Shown: in pieces, positions 1-10,193 of the stretch
Numbering within the stretch: position 1 is the first letter of the stretch
How the letters are laid out: each line of letters starts with the position of its first letter
Source of the DNA: Eubacterium limosum
GTDB taxonomy: Bacteria; Bacillota; Clostridia; Eubacteriales; Eubacteriaceae
Direction of reading: 5' to 3'
DNA: 61,361 nucleotides
NCBI GenBank assembly: GCA_959020865.1
Contig: CAUEUD010000001.1
Span: 1-61,361 of the forward strand
Position numbers and translations under genes: made by a program
The notes under the pieces: generated by a model
Database searches by the model: none
The model's input: the letters and a program-made list of their open reading frames with translations, nothing else
Told to the model about the DNA's origin: nothing

Positions 1-100
1 AGTTTACATTACATTAATCAGGTCATTGATCGTATTAATCACTACCCCCGGAAAATCCTCAATTACTGCTGTTCTGCGGAGCTTTTCGAGTTTGAACTCT

Positions 101-820
101 CTAAGCTTTAAAACTTTTTTGGGAATTTTGTAATTTTATGTTGACATTCACATTCTGAGCCATAAAACGATCAATAACCTCCTGCCGCTCTTCCTTCAGG
201 CCCATATAAAAAATGGCAAAGGTGGCATTCAGGTAAGGCCCCACCACAATGATGGCAATGCCCAGGGTCACAATGACCAGGAGCCACCACCCGATAAAGG
301 TCAGGCACAGCAGAAAATATTCCAGCTTGTAATCCCGCATCATCAGCTTGCTCAGGGTGATGGCGTCCATAAAGGACAGCTCCTCATAATCGTTCAGCAG
401 GTAGTAGGTCTGGGAGTAGCTGATGGCCGCGATAATCCCCGGAATAATGAGCAGCAGCGCCCACAGAAAGGTAAAGACGCCCATGGCCAGATTGGCTAAA
501 AAGCATCGGCCAAACCGGTTAAAGCCTGTGAACAGATCTGCCACTCCTGCCTCTCGGCCGTGGTACAGGTTCATATAGAAGCGTATGGCCCCATAGGACA
601 GCGGGCCTGCCAATACAAGCGATACGATGTTTGAAACCCGGTCATAGATTTCCGCGTCCAGGTCCACGTTAAAAATCACCTTTTCCAGCAGGAGCATGAT
701 GGTCGGCACCCCCGCGATGGCCAGCCATGTGATGAACATGATCAAAATCGCCGGCCCCCAGTGTCCCCTGAGCTGTACCTTCGCAGACAGCTTCATGTCC
801 TGGCTTGTCCTGTTTTTCAT
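101..820 (-). CDS. DUF975 family integral membrane protein
   Basis: Hydrophobic 239 aa ORF with 'K..AK..L.G.W' N-terminus and 'LW.LLLIIPGII.AISYS' motif; GGAG RBS. Confidence 0.85.
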   Translation of the reverse strand: MKNRTSQDMKLSAKVQLRGHWGPAILIMFITWLAIAGVPTIMLLLEKVIFNVDLDAEIYDRVSNIVSLVLAGPLSYGAIRFYMNLYHGREAGVADLFTGFNRFGRCFLANLAMGVFTFLWALLLIIPGIIAAISYSQTYYLLNDYEELSFMDAITLSKLMMRDYKLEYFLLCLTFIGWWLLVIVTLGIAIIVVGPYLNATFAIFYMGLKEERQEVIDRFMAQNVNVNIKLQNSQKSFKA

Positions 821-843
821 TTATCTCTCCTCTTAAAATGCAC

Positions 844-1536
844 TCACAGATTTTTCCTGAAATGCGGACAGCTCACCATACACAGCCCGCAGACCGAGCC
901 TCGGCCAATGTGCTGGTAGGCTTCCTTCATATACTCGCTGCAGCTGTGGGCGTCTAACAGATGGCTGCGCTCCATGCCCGTCTCCCAGAGGGTTCCCTCG
1001 ATGGACATGGACGGGCAGGCTTTCACACAGGCCTGGCAGCTGCCGCATTCACTCTCCGCCAGGGCCGCCACAGTGTCAAGCGGCGCGTCGGTCAGTACGG
1101 TTCCCAGCCGCACCGCGGGGCCGTAATCCCTGTGGATAAACAGAGCGCTCTTCCCGATCCAGCCCATGCCGGCAATGACCGCTGCGGTTTTGTGCGCGAA
1201 GAGCCCGCGGTATGGGTTCTCGCCCTTTAAAGACGGCAGCGACTGCGAGGCCGGAACAGCTACCGCCATCGCGCCCCCTTCCTCGAGGGCCAGCGCCACC
1301 CTCAGGGTAATCTCGTCGATCAGGCGGTTGACAATGCGGTAATGGCTGAAATAGGTGGCAGTGGGCGCGTCCTCCATCTGGGCCAAAATCCCCTTTGACA
1401 GGCGCACCACCACCGACACAGCGGCGGGATAGCCCAGGTTTAACCCGTCCGGCAGGCTGCTTAAATCCGCAAAGCCAACCTGCGCCGCCCCGAGCCCCTT
1501 TCCCAGGCCCTCTATTTTTTCATTTAATGGATTCAT
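844..1536 (-). CDS. Epoxyqueuosine reductase (QueG)-like 4Fe-4S protein
   Basis: HKTAAVIAGMGWIGK motif, CGSCQACVKACP and CGLCMVSCP Fe-S motifs. Confidence 0.75.
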   Translation of the reverse strand: MNPLNEKIEGLGKGLGAAQVGFADLSSLPDGLNLGYPAAVSVVVRLSKGILAQMEDAPTATYFSHYRIVNRLIDEITLRVALALEEGGAMAVAVPASQSLPSLKGENPYRGLFAHKTAAVIAGMGWIGKSALFIHRDYGPAVRLGTVLTDAPLDTVAALAESECGSCQACVKACPSMSIEGTLWETGMERSHLLDAHSCSEYMKEAYQHIGRGSVCGLCMVSCPHFRKNL

Positions 1537-1623
1537 AAAAATCTTCTCCTTTTACCACATTTGTTTTTAAATCTGTGCTATAATGATAGGGTAACTTCAA
1601 TTTTTCCAAGGGAGGTTCATCGC

Positions 1624-2154
1624 GTGCTTAACACTCAACATCAGGCTGAAGATAAGCTTATTATACTATACGTACTCAATAAAATCAAAACCGGCATCAC
1701 CCGCGAGCAGGTGGCCTTTATCATTATTGAAAACCTGCAGATGAGCTATTTCGACATTCAGCTCTACATCGACAACCTCATCGAGGATGATTTTATCCGT
1801 TTATACCAGATGGATGATGATAAAACCGTGGTCGCCATCACCGCCAAAGGGCGGGAGACTCTGAATATCTTTGAGAAGGACATTCCCACCTATATCCGCG
1901 AAATGCTGGAGCTCTACATCTCACAGAACCGGGACCGCATTTTCAGAGAAGTCAAGGTCATCGGCAACTATACAAAGAATACCGACGGCGATTACCAGGT
2001 ACAGCTCAAGCTCCACGAAAACAACATTGTTCTGATGGAGCTGAACATCAACACACCGTCCCAGAAGCAGGCGCTGAATATCTGTGACAACTGGAAAAAT
2101 GACACTCAGAATCTTTACGCTTCCATAATCAAGCTGCTCACGCAGACTAGCTAG
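1624..2154 (+). CDS. DUF4364 family winged-helix protein
   Basis: KLIILYVL...YF..Q..I..L...ITAKGRETL pattern; GTG start at 1624 after GGAGG (1611-1615). Confidence 0.8.
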   Translation: MLNTQHQAEDKLIILYVLNKIKTGITREQVAFIIIENLQMSYFDIQLYIDNLIEDDFIRLYQMDDDKTVVAITAKGRETLNIFEKDIPTYIREMLELYISQNRDRIFREVKVIGNYTKNTDGDYQVQLKLHENNIVLMELNINTPSQKQALNICDNWKNDTQNLYASIIKLLTQTS

Positions 2155-2163
2155 CTCAAATAG

Positions 2164-2204
2164 AAAAGCCCGCAGACCTTTACTGTCTGCGGGCTTTATT
2201 TTTA
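2164..2204. terminator. Bidirectional intrinsic terminator
   Basis: AAAGCCCGCAGAC-cttta-CTGTCTGCGGGCTTT hairpin flanked by A/T runs between convergent genes. Confidence 0.85.
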
Positions 2205-4889
2205 TTTGTCCCGGCGTACAAGCCGGCCGATGAGCTTGGTGATTTCCACAACCAGCAGCGGCGCCAGTGACGCGGCCACAATGATCAGCCATTCCTGAGG
2301 GTTCAGGAAGGTCACGCTGAACAGCGGGTGGGCTGCCGGTATCAGAATGACGGACAGCTGCAGAACTGCTGAAATCAGAATCGCGCCCCACAGGTACCGG
2401 TTGGTGAAAAACTGCTTGCTGAACACAGATTTGCTTTCAGACCGGACATTGAGCACATGGGTCAGCTGGGATAAGCCCAGAACCGCGAAGACCATGGTGC
2501 GGCCCTCGTCCAGGCCAAAGTGCGAATTGCCGTAATTAAAGACAAACAGCGAGATGGCCGCCAGCACAACGCCCTGGAAAATAATGCGTCCGCCCAGTCC
2601 GTGGGCAAAAATGCTTTCTTTGGGATCTCTTGGCTTTTTGGTCATAATGTCATCGTCGTTCTTTTCAACCCCCAGCGCCAGCGCCGGCAGGCTGTCGGTA
2701 ATCAGGTTGATCCATAAGATATGCACAGGCAGCAAAGGCTGAATCCAGCCGATGAGCGTGGCGACAAACAGGATCAGTATTTCTGCAATGTTACAGGAGA
2801 GCAGGAAGTGGACAGCCTTCTTGATGTTCTCGTAGATTCCCCGGCCTTCTTTGACCGCGGAGACAATGGTGGAGAAATTATCGTCTGTCAGAATCATTTC
2901 AGCCGCCTCCTTGGAGACGTCGGTGCCTGTAATGCCCATGGCACAGCCAATATCGGCCTTCTTGAGCGCCGGAGCATCGTTGACCCCGTCGCCGGTCATG
3001 GCAACCACTGCGCCCTTTTTCTGCCAAGCGTCCACAATCCGCACCTTGTGCTCAGGCGACACCCGGGCGTACACGGCCACATGGTCGATCTTTTCCTCCA
3101 GCTCCGTATCTGACATGCTGTTGAGCTCCGTGCCGGACAGGGCAATGCTGTCCTCGCCGTAGATGTCCAGATCTTTTGCGATGGCCACCGCGGTATTCTT
3201 GTGGTCCCCGGTGATCATAACGGTTTTAATGCCTGCGGTGTGGCACTCATGGATGGAGTCCTTGACCTCCACACGCGGCGGGTCAATCATGCCCGTCAGC
3301 CCCACAAAGGTCATATCATTTTCGAGCTCTTCCATGGTTACTTCCGGCTCGCTGTCATAGCGTTTAAAGGCAAAGCCCAGCACACGGAAGGCGTCATCGG
3401 ACAAGGTTTCGTTGGCCTTTTCAACCTCGGCCCTGGCTTCTGCGCCAAAGGGAAGAGCCACACTTTCATAGGGAATACTTCCCGTCCCTTTGAGATAATT
3501 TCTGCATCGGCTCAGCAGCACATCCGGCGCACCCTTGGTAAAGCTGTAATAGTGCTCGCCGTCCTTATGCACTGTGGTCATGAGTTTACGGTCTGAATCG
3601 AAGGGGATTTCATTGACCCTTGGATATTTTTCAAGATACTCGTTTTTCTGATAGCCGAGGCTGGCCGCATAAGCGACCATCGCCACCTCTGTGGGATCGC
3701 CGATCTCCTTCACGCCGCTGTCGTCTGTCACGATGGACGCGTCATTGCAGAGCAGGCCGATCCGCACGACCAGGCGCTCACTGTCGGTAAAGCCATCATC
3801 CTTGATATCCTCGGCGCTTACGATCCCGTCATTGGCATAGACCTTCTTGATGGTCATTTTATTCTGAGTCAGCGTTCCGGTTTTATCGGAGCAGATCACA
3901 GACGCTGCGCCCAGTGTTTCGACCGCAGGCAGCTTCCTTATAATGGCGTGCTTGGCCACCAGCCGCTGGGTGCCCATGGCCAGCACCACGGTAACGATGG
4001 CGGGCAGGCCCTCTGGAATGGCGGCCACAGCCAGGCTCACAGCGGTCATAAACATTTCCAGCATATCGCCGCCCCGCACCAGGCCGATAAAGAAAATCAC
4101 AATACACGCGCCCAGACAGCCCACCGCCAGGATTTTTCCCAGCTCCGTCAGCCGTTTCTGCAGCGGCGTCTGCATGGATACTGTTCCCTGGATCATCCCG
4201 GCGATCTTGCCGATTTCTGTGTCCATGCCAGTCTTCGTCACAATAAATTTCCCGCGGCCATAGGTTACGGTGCTGCTCATATAAACCGAGTTCAGCCGGT
4301 CGCCCAGCGGCGTCTCGGGGTTGCTCAGATCAGAGAGGTTTTTCTCAACCGCCACCGATTCCCCTGTCAGGGCAGATTCCTGTATCTGCAGGGCTGCGGC
4401 CTCGATGAGCCGGCCGTCTGCGGGCACGTTATCCCCGGCGTCCAGGTAAACCACGTCCCCCGGCACCAGATCCTCGGCCTTAATGACCGTCTGCACGCCG
4501 TTCCGCAGCACCTTGGCTTCGGGTATGGTCAGCTTTTTAAGCGCCTCCATGGAGTTCTCAGCCTTATTTTCCTGCACCATCCCAATGACGGCGTTGAGGA
4601 TAACAATGATTAAAATTAAAATGGCATCGCTGATTTCTCCCAGAAAGCCGGATATGATCGCGGCAGCTACCAGTACCAGAATCAGAAAATCCTTAAACTG
4701 CTCCAGGAACATGCGCACTAGCGATTTTCGCTTGCCCTCGGCCATTTTGTTCTTGCCGCAGGTCTGCTGTCTGGCGGCAGCCTGGGCGTCACTGAGCCCA
4801 GTGCGCGCGTCGGTGTCATAGACCTTCTCAGTTTCCGATACGGATAGTAAGAAAGATTCCCTTGACTTGTTGCTTTCTTCGTTTGTCAT
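2202..4889 (-). CDS. Ca2+/Mn2+-transporting P-type ATPase (type IIA, YoaB/MgtA-like)
   Basis: TGES, PEGL, DKTGTLT, TGDGVNDAPALK motifs; 895 aa. Confidence 0.92.
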   Translation of the reverse strand: MTNEESNKSRESFLLSVSETEKVYDTDARTGLSDAQAAARQQTCGKNKMAEGKRKSLVRMFLEQFKDFLILVLVAAAIISGFLGEISDAILILIIVILNAVIGMVQENKAENSMEALKKLTIPEAKVLRNGVQTVIKAEDLVPGDVVYLDAGDNVPADGRLIEAAALQIQESALTGESVAVEKNLSDLSNPETPLGDRLNSVYMSSTVTYGRGKFIVTKTGMDTEIGKIAGMIQGTVSMQTPLQKRLTELGKILAVGCLGACIVIFFIGLVRGGDMLEMFMTAVSLAVAAIPEGLPAIVTVVLAMGTQRLVAKHAIIRKLPAVETLGAASVICSDKTGTLTQNKMTIKKVYANDGIVSAEDIKDDGFTDSERLVVRIGLLCNDASIVTDDSGVKEIGDPTEVAMVAYAASLGYQKNEYLEKYPRVNEIPFDSDRKLMTTVHKDGEHYYSFTKGAPDVLLSRCRNYLKGTGSIPYESVALPFGAEARAEVEKANETLSDDAFRVLGFAFKRYDSEPEVTMEELENDMTFVGLTGMIDPPRVEVKDSIHECHTAGIKTVMITGDHKNTAVAIAKDLDIYGEDSIALSGTELNSMSDTELEEKIDHVAVYARVSPEHKVRIVDAWQKKGAVVAMTGDGVNDAPALKKADIGCAMGITGTDVSKEAAEMILTDDNFSTIVSAVKEGRGIYENIKKAVHFLLSCNIAEILILFVATLIGWIQPLLPVHILWINLITDSLPALALGVEKNDDDIMTKKPRDPKESIFAHGLGGRIIFQGVVLAAISLFVFNYGNSHFGLDEGRTMVFAVLGLSQLTHVLNVRSESKSVFSKQFFTNRYLWGAILISAVLQLSVILIPAAHPLFSVTFLNPQEWLIIVAASLAPLLVVEITKLIGRLVRRDK

Positions 4890-4911
4890 TCTGTCCTCCT
4901 TGAATTATAAA

Positions 4912-4981
4912 TAAAAGACCCTTATCTCTAAATTACCCCGCCTGCCCAAAGACAAACGCGAAATTAGAAATAAAGGTCTTA
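4912..4981 (-). terminator. Riboswitch expression-platform terminator
   Basis: On minus strand AAGACCTTTATTTCTAA...TTAGAGATAAGGGTCTTTT; its 5' arm is the 3' strand of the aptamer P1. Confidence 0.7.
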
Positions 4982-5070
4982 CTCTCAAGTGTAACGCTTG
5001 ATGCTTAGCCGGAGCTTTCGCTCGAAATGACGACTAAGCAGCTCCTTAATGGTTGAGTTACTCCCCTTCA
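4971..5070 (-). ncRNA. yybP-ykoY manganese riboswitch
   Basis: Minus strand reads AAGGGGAGTAAC...GTCGTCATTTCG...CCGGC...GAGTAAGACCTTT, matching the family hallmarks, upstream of a P-type ATPase. Confidence 0.88.
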
Positions 5071-5099
5071 GGGTGTTTTTTATTTAGTTAATTTACTAT

Positions 5100-5128
5100 A
5101 TTTTAGCACTTTAACCACAGGAAGTAAA
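5100..5128 (-). promoter_or_regulatory. Sigma-A promoter for riboswitch/ATPase
   Basis: TTTACT-17 bp-TAAAAT with TG extended -10. Confidence 0.55.
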
Positions 5129-5151
5129 GATAAAATTTAGCCAATGGCATC

Positions 5152-5255
5152 AGGATCACATTTTACAGAAAAAGCTTTTTTCCAAGATCAGAATGCTTTC
5201 CCGGTAAAATGCGTTTGCTTCGTTGCCGGATGCCCGCTCACGCTCTTTGCATCCT
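5152..5255. repeat. Intergenic structured repeat, family 3 copy 1
   Basis: AGGATCACAT...ATGCGTTTGCTTCGTTGCCG similar to 24834-24918. Confidence 0.5.
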
Positions 5256-5282
5256 ACCGTTTTTTAAAAAACGGACTCAGCA

Positions 5283-6539
5283 TCATTCATACCTCAGGGC
5301 TTCGATGGGGTCAAGCTTGGCGGCTTTATTGGCCGGGTAGTACCCGAAGAACACGCCGATCGCCATTGAGAAGCCCACAGCCAGCACGATGGAACCAACG
5401 GACGGTACCACGGTTGTTTTCAGCAGCAAGCCGCCGAGGGCGCCAAAACCTGCCCCCAGCAGGATGCCAAGGATACCGCCGATGATACAGATGATCATGG
5501 ATTCAACCAGGAACTGTATCCGGATAGCGCTGTTGGGCGCTCCCAGAGCCTTGCGCACACCGATCTCCCGCGTACGCTCAGTGACAGATACCAGCATGAT
5601 GTTCATAACCCCGATACCGCCGACCAGCAGCGATATACCCGCGATCACCGCGATGGCCATGGATACCTGCGACATGGCAGTGTTCATTTCCTTCATGATG
5701 CTTTCCATGCTCTGCGCTTCTACCTTGCTGTTGCTGGTTTCAGGATAAAATTTATTGAAATAAGCTGCGGCCTTGGTGGCAAGCTCTGTCGAGCTGACAT
5801 CTGGGGAAGCCATGAGCATGATCATGCTGTAGCCCTTTGTCGTATCGTTTGTGATGTTCTTAGCGGTTGTATAGGGAATATAGGCGGTCGAGCGGCTGCT
5901 GCCGCCCATCGCAGCCATCATGGCGCTCTGGGTCGCATCCTCCATGGGGTCCTGATAAACCCCTACCACGTAAAAGCTCTCAGTTCCATAGGTGGTTTCC
6001 ACCTTTATTTCCTTACCGATCGGGTCGCTTCCCTCACCGTACAGATTCTTTTTCATGATACTGGAAATGACGATGACGTTCTTCTCACCCTCCACATCCC
6101 GGTCGCTGATGGCGCGTCCCTGGACGATCTTGACATTTTCAACGGTGAAATAATCATGGTTGGCCCCCGTGATTTTCATCTCCTGCTGCGGGATAATATC
6201 GACAGTTTTGGCCGCTCCCACGTTATTGCTGATCTCAAGGCCTTCAATCTCATCGCCGTAGCGTTCTCTGAAACGCTCGATCATCTCATCGGTAATGTTA
6301 TCCTCATCACTGTTGGAGTAGGTGCCGTCCACGTCCTTGGGCATGACGTACAGCTGAATGTTGCGCCCGCCCACGTTGGAGAGCGTCTCGTTCAGGGTGT
6401 TGGACATGGCGTCACCAAGAGAGGTGATGGCAATGACCGAGGCGATCCCGATAATAATACCCAGCATGGTCAGCAGCGCCCGCATTTTGTTGGCGCGCAG
6501 CCCTTCCAGTGCCAGTTTAATATTTTCAAGCAAGTTCAT
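5283..6539 (-). CDS. MacB/FtsX-family ABC transporter permease
   Basis: LLTMLGIIIGIASVI; VGGIGVMNIMLVSVTERTREIGVRKALGA; DPIEALRYE. Confidence 0.92.
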   Translation of the reverse strand: MNLLENIKLALEGLRANKMRALLTMLGIIIGIASVIAITSLGDAMSNTLNETLSNVGGRNIQLYVMPKDVDGTYSNSDEDNITDEMIERFRERYGDEIEGLEISNNVGAAKTVDIIPQQEMKITGANHDYFTVENVKIVQGRAISDRDVEGEKNVIVISSIMKKNLYGEGSDPIGKEIKVETTYGTESFYVVGVYQDPMEDATQSAMMAAMGGSSRSTAYIPYTTAKNITNDTTKGYSMIMLMASPDVSSTELATKAAAYFNKFYPETSNSKVEAQSMESIMKEMNTAMSQVSMAIAVIAGISLLVGGIGVMNIMLVSVTERTREIGVRKALGAPNSAIRIQFLVESMIICIIGGILGILLGAGFGALGGLLLKTTVVPSVGSIVLAVGFSMAIGVFFGYYPANKAAKLDPIEALRYE

Positions 6540-7254
6540 GGTGTCGCTCCAATCTCACCCCTGTGCCCGCCCGGGTGCCGACAATGCTGCCGTCGCTCAG
6601 GGTGATAATCCGCTCGGTTTCATCGGCCAGCTCTGGATTATGGGTGATCAAAATAATGGTTTTGCCCTGTTTCTCATGCAGCTCATGGAAAATATCCATG
6701 ACCATGCGGCCGGTTTTACTGTCCAGCGCGCCGGTGGGCTCATCGGCCAGGATAATGGACGGATCGTTGGCCATGGCCCGGGCGATGGCGATACGCTGCT
6801 TCTGTCCGCCGGAAAGCTCATTGGGACGGTGCTTTGCCCTGTCCGACATATCCACCAGCTCCAGCAGCTCCTCTGCCCGCTCCCGGCGTTCCGCCTTGGG
6901 CAAGCCCGCGTACAGCATGGGCAGCTCAACGTTGCTGAGCGCTGTGGAGCGCGGAATCAGGTTAAAGGTCTGGAACACAAAGCCGATTTTCTGGTTACGA
7001 ATCTTAGAGAGACCGCTGTCCTTAATGGTGCTGACCAGCAGCTGATCCAGATAATACTCGCCTTCTGTGGGCCGGTCAAGGGCGCCGATGATGTTCATCA
7101 GCGTGGACTTGCCTGAGCCTGATGCCCCGATAATGGATATAAACTCGCCCTCTAAGACTTCCAGATCAAGGCCATGAAGGATTTCAAGCTCATTGGGCGA
7201 ACCCACATAGAAGCGCTTCACAATGCCCTTCATCTCGATGATCTTATTGCGCAT
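6526..7254 (-). CDS. ABC transporter ATP-binding protein (LolD/MacB type)
   Basis: GASGSGKST, LSGGQKQR, ILADEPTGALD. Confidence 0.93.
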   Translation of the reverse strand: MRNKIIEMKGIVKRFYVGSPNELEILHGLDLEVLEGEFISIIGASGSGKSTLMNIIGALDRPTEGEYYLDQLLVSTIKDSGLSKIRNQKIGFVFQTFNLIPRSTALSNVELPMLYAGLPKAERRERAEELLELVDMSDRAKHRPNELSGGQKQRIAIARAMANDPSIILADEPTGALDSKTGRMVMDIFHELHEKQGKTIILITHNPELADETERIITLSDGSIVGTRAGTGVRLERHHELA

Positions 7255-8218
7255 TGGTGTCTCCTTGGGCGGTGCTGTTGTCGCTCGCCTGCTGCAGTGT
7301 GACAGAGTCCCCGGCCTTAACCTTGTCGATGTCGGTGATGATCTGCATGCCGTCTGTCAGCTGATCGCCTGAAATTTCAATGGCGAAGTCCGTTTCTGTA
7401 CCAGTGGTGACAGGCACTTCCTTCACGGCGTAAACACCATCCTTGGGGTCGGCGGCTACCAGCACACAGCTTTCATTGTTCGCACCTGTGGTCAGCACAT
7501 CAAACGGAACACTGTAAACGCCGTTTCTTTCCTCAACGATGATGTTGAGGCGCGCCTTCATCCCGATCAGCAGACCGCTGATGTCGGAGTCAATGCTGAC
7601 CCTGGTTTCAAATTCCGGGTTCTGGTTTCCTGAGGAAGCCGCGGCTGCCGCGCCCGTGCCGGACGCGCTGGACTGCTTGACAGCAGTGGGCGCAATGCTC
7701 TGCACGGTACCAGTGTATTCCTTGTCCCCGGTCGCGTCGGTTTTGATGGTTACCTTCATTCCCGGCTGTACGGTTCCCACATCTGCTTCCTTGATATTTG
7801 TGACCACACGCAGGCTGTTGGTATCCTCGATGGTAAAGAGCACACCGTTGGCCGGAGCGCCGTTCTGTGCGCTGATGGCTGTCACTGTACCGGAAGTCGT
7901 GGCTTCTACACGTTCCCAGGTATCGCTTTTTTCATCGTACAGGCGGCAGAGACGGTCGCCCTTTTCAACCCATTCGCCGACGGATACGTCGATATCCCAC
8001 ACCGGAATACCGGTCATATTGCTGACCTGCTCTACATAGGTGCTCTCAACCGTACCGTTGGTCGAAACCGTTCTCTGAAGATTGGTCTTCTCGAGTGCTG
8101 TGGTTTTGACAGCGGCTGCCTGCGGCTGGCTGGTGCGCGTACAGGCCCAGACGCCCAGCGCTACGACAACGACTGCCAGTATGACAAGCGTAATAATGAT
8201 ACTTTTTTTCTTATTCAT
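7244..8218 (-). CDS. Efflux membrane-fusion/adaptor protein (MacA-like)
   Basis: N-terminal TM anchor, lipoyl half-motifs (VSVGEWVEKGD; ATTSGTVT), beta-barrel; start at ATG 8218 after GGAGG. Confidence 0.82.
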   Translation of the reverse strand: MNKKKSIIITLVILAVVVVALGVWACTRTSQPQAAAVKTTALEKTNLQRTVSTNGTVESTYVEQVSNMTGIPVWDIDVSVGEWVEKGDRLCRLYDEKSDTWERVEATTSGTVTAISAQNGAPANGVLFTIEDTNSLRVVTNIKEADVGTVQPGMKVTIKTDATGDKEYTGTVQSIAPTAVKQSSASGTGAAAAASSGNQNPEFETRVSIDSDISGLLIGMKARLNIIVEERNGVYSVPFDVLTTGANNESCVLVAADPKDGVYAVKEVPVTTGTETDFAIEISGDQLTDGMQIITDIDKVKAGDSVTLQQASDNSTAQGDTNAQ

Positions 8219-8389
8219 GGTGCCTCCATTATTTGTTTTGTTGTGAATCATTTTAACATAAAAACATGAAGAAATTCGGGATGAAATCTAAAGATTTTAT
8301 TAATATTTGATCTGTAATCGTACATCATATGTTCTTTTTGCGGAACAAAATAAAAAACAGCGCGGGACCGCCTGACGGCAGGGTTACGG

Positions 8390-9409
8390 TTAGTACAGCG
8401 GCAGGGTCCAGATCGCCACAAACTCACCTTTTTCAATCCAGCTTTTAAAAGTCCCTTCATGGCGCTCCGCAATTTTCTCACAGGTTTTCAGTCCGATGCC
8501 AAAGCTCTCACCACCGCTGTTTTTGCGCACCTGGTTTGTCTGGATAATGCGCAGGGTGTCCGGCTCCAGCATGACGTCAAAGCTGATGGGCCGCCGGGGA
8601 TCGGCGTATTTCAGGGCATTGGAGCAGAGATTATCAAAAACGCGCCGGAACTGCTGAATATCCACATTGATGGCAAAGCCCTCCTCGATGCTGTCCTTTA
8701 CCTGAACGGTGAGTCCCTTTTCCTCCAGCAGAAAAACGCTCTCTGATAAAACCTGCGCCAGCAGCTCGTTGCCGTCGATCAGCTCGTAATGGAACATGAC
8801 CTCCTCATTCTCTGCCACCGAATGGCTGAAAAGGGCTGTGGTAAGGTTTTTGATCTGATAGGCCTTTTCCAGAGCGTTATTGATATAAACCGCTTCCTCC
8901 TCCGGGCTTTTGACTTTGCCGTCCCTGATCAGATCCAGATAGCAGATCACCGAAGTTAAGGGGGTCCGTATGTCGTGGGATATGGCGGTGACCATCTCGT
9001 GATTTTCACGGATTGCAGTCTCACGCTCGTTTATCTGTTTTTGCAGTGTGCGCCGCATATCGTTGAGCTGTATGGCCAGCGCAGTCAGCTCATCATCTCC
9101 TTCCACAGGAATGGGATACTCCAGCCCGCCGCCCTCAATGATCTCAATGCCATGCTCCAGGGTATGAATATAACGGATCTTTTTATGAAACAGCTTTAAA
9201 AACACGACGAAAAGCACCGCGATGGTCACCATGTAGGACAAAAGCTCCACCGTCTCGCCTGAGATACCATTCTCACGGATAAAGCAGGTCAGCAGCAGCG
9301 TGGTGGCCACCCCTGAGGCCAGCGCAATGATAAAGGAAATGCCAAAGTATTTCATGATTGTCAGCCCGAGCTTCGACCTGAAGATACTTTCCTCCTGCTT
9401 AGTCAACAT
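8390..9409 (-). CDS. Sensor histidine kinase (HAMP-HisKA-HATPase)
   Basis: Two TMs, HAMP (GDDEL..LA), ISHDIRTPLT H-box, NLCSNALKY N-box. Confidence 0.88.
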   Translation of the reverse strand: MLTKQEESIFRSKLGLTIMKYFGISFIIALASGVATTLLLTCFIRENGISGETVELLSYMVTIAVLFVVFLKLFHKKIRYIHTLEHGIEIIEGGGLEYPIPVEGDDELTALAIQLNDMRRTLQKQINERETAIRENHEMVTAISHDIRTPLTSVICYLDLIRDGKVKSPEEEAVYINNALEKAYQIKNLTTALFSHSVAENEEVMFHYELIDGNELLAQVLSESVFLLEEKGLTVQVKDSIEEGFAINVDIQQFRRVFDNLCSNALKYADPRRPISFDVMLEPDTLRIIQTNQVRKNSGGESFGIGLKTCEKIAERHEGTFKSWIEKGEFVAIWTLPLY

Positions 9410-10103
9410 AGTAGCCCTTTCCCCAGGCGGTTTTAATATACTGGGGCTCCTGAGAGTTATCTCCGAGTTTTTTGCGCAGGTTTCGGATATGCACCATGAC
9501 CGTGTTGTTGGCAGAGTAGAAATAGGGCTCGTTCCAGATGCTTTCGTAAATATTCTGGGCAGAAAATACCTTTTTCCGGTTGTCCATCATGAGCTCCAGT
9601 ATCCGGTACTCAATGTCGGTCAGGGTGACGATCTCCCCGCCTATCTCGACATTCTGCGCATCCTTGTCCAGCACCAGGTCGCGGATCACCAGCTTGTTGC
9701 TCTTTTCCGCCGGCGCGCTGCCCTGGTACACATAGTAGCGGCGCAGCAGGGATTTCACACGGGATACCAGCTCGGTATAGGAGAAGGGCTTGGACAGGTA
9801 ATCATCACCGCCCACAGAAAAACCCATCACCTTGTCGGAATCCTGGTCCTTGGCTGTTAAAAACAAAATGGGCACCCGTGTCTTTTCCCTTATCTCCGAA
9901 CAGGCCTTATAGCCAGATTTCTGGGGCATCATAACGTCCAGTATGATCAGATCAATGGAATCATCTGTCCTGTCCACTGCCTCCTGACCGTTTTTAGCCT
10001 GAACGACCTCAAAGCCTTCTGCTGTCAGCAGAATTTCTACCAGCTCACAAATATCCTGATTGTCGTCTGCAATCAAAATCCGTTTCTTTCCTTCTTCGTT
10101 CAT
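9399..10103 (-). CDS. OmpR-family response regulator
   Basis: ILIADD, LDVMMP, KPF, VHIRNLRKKL, TAWGKGY. Confidence 0.92.
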   Translation of the reverse strand: MNEEGKKRILIADDNQDICELVEILLTAEGFEVVQAKNGQEAVDRTDDSIDLIILDVMMPQKSGYKACSEIREKTRVPILFLTAKDQDSDKVMGFSVGGDDYLSKPFSYTELVSRVKSLLRRYYVYQGSAPAEKSNKLVIRDLVLDKDAQNVEIGGEIVTLTDIEYRILELMMDNRKKVFSAQNIYESIWNEPYFYSANNTVMVHIRNLRKKLGDNSQEPQYIKTAWGKGYYVD

Positions 10104-10149
10104 GGGAACTCCTTTCATTTAGTCGGCAATAAATACAACTTACTTTTAA

Positions 10150-10178
10150 AGAAAAGGCGGAAGTCTCCTTCCGCCCTG
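10150..10178 (-). terminator. Intrinsic terminator after valS
   Basis: GGGCGGAAG-gaga-CTTCCGCCTTTTCTTTT on minus strand. Confidence 0.8.
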
Positions 10179-10193
10179 TTCTGTTTTATTTTC

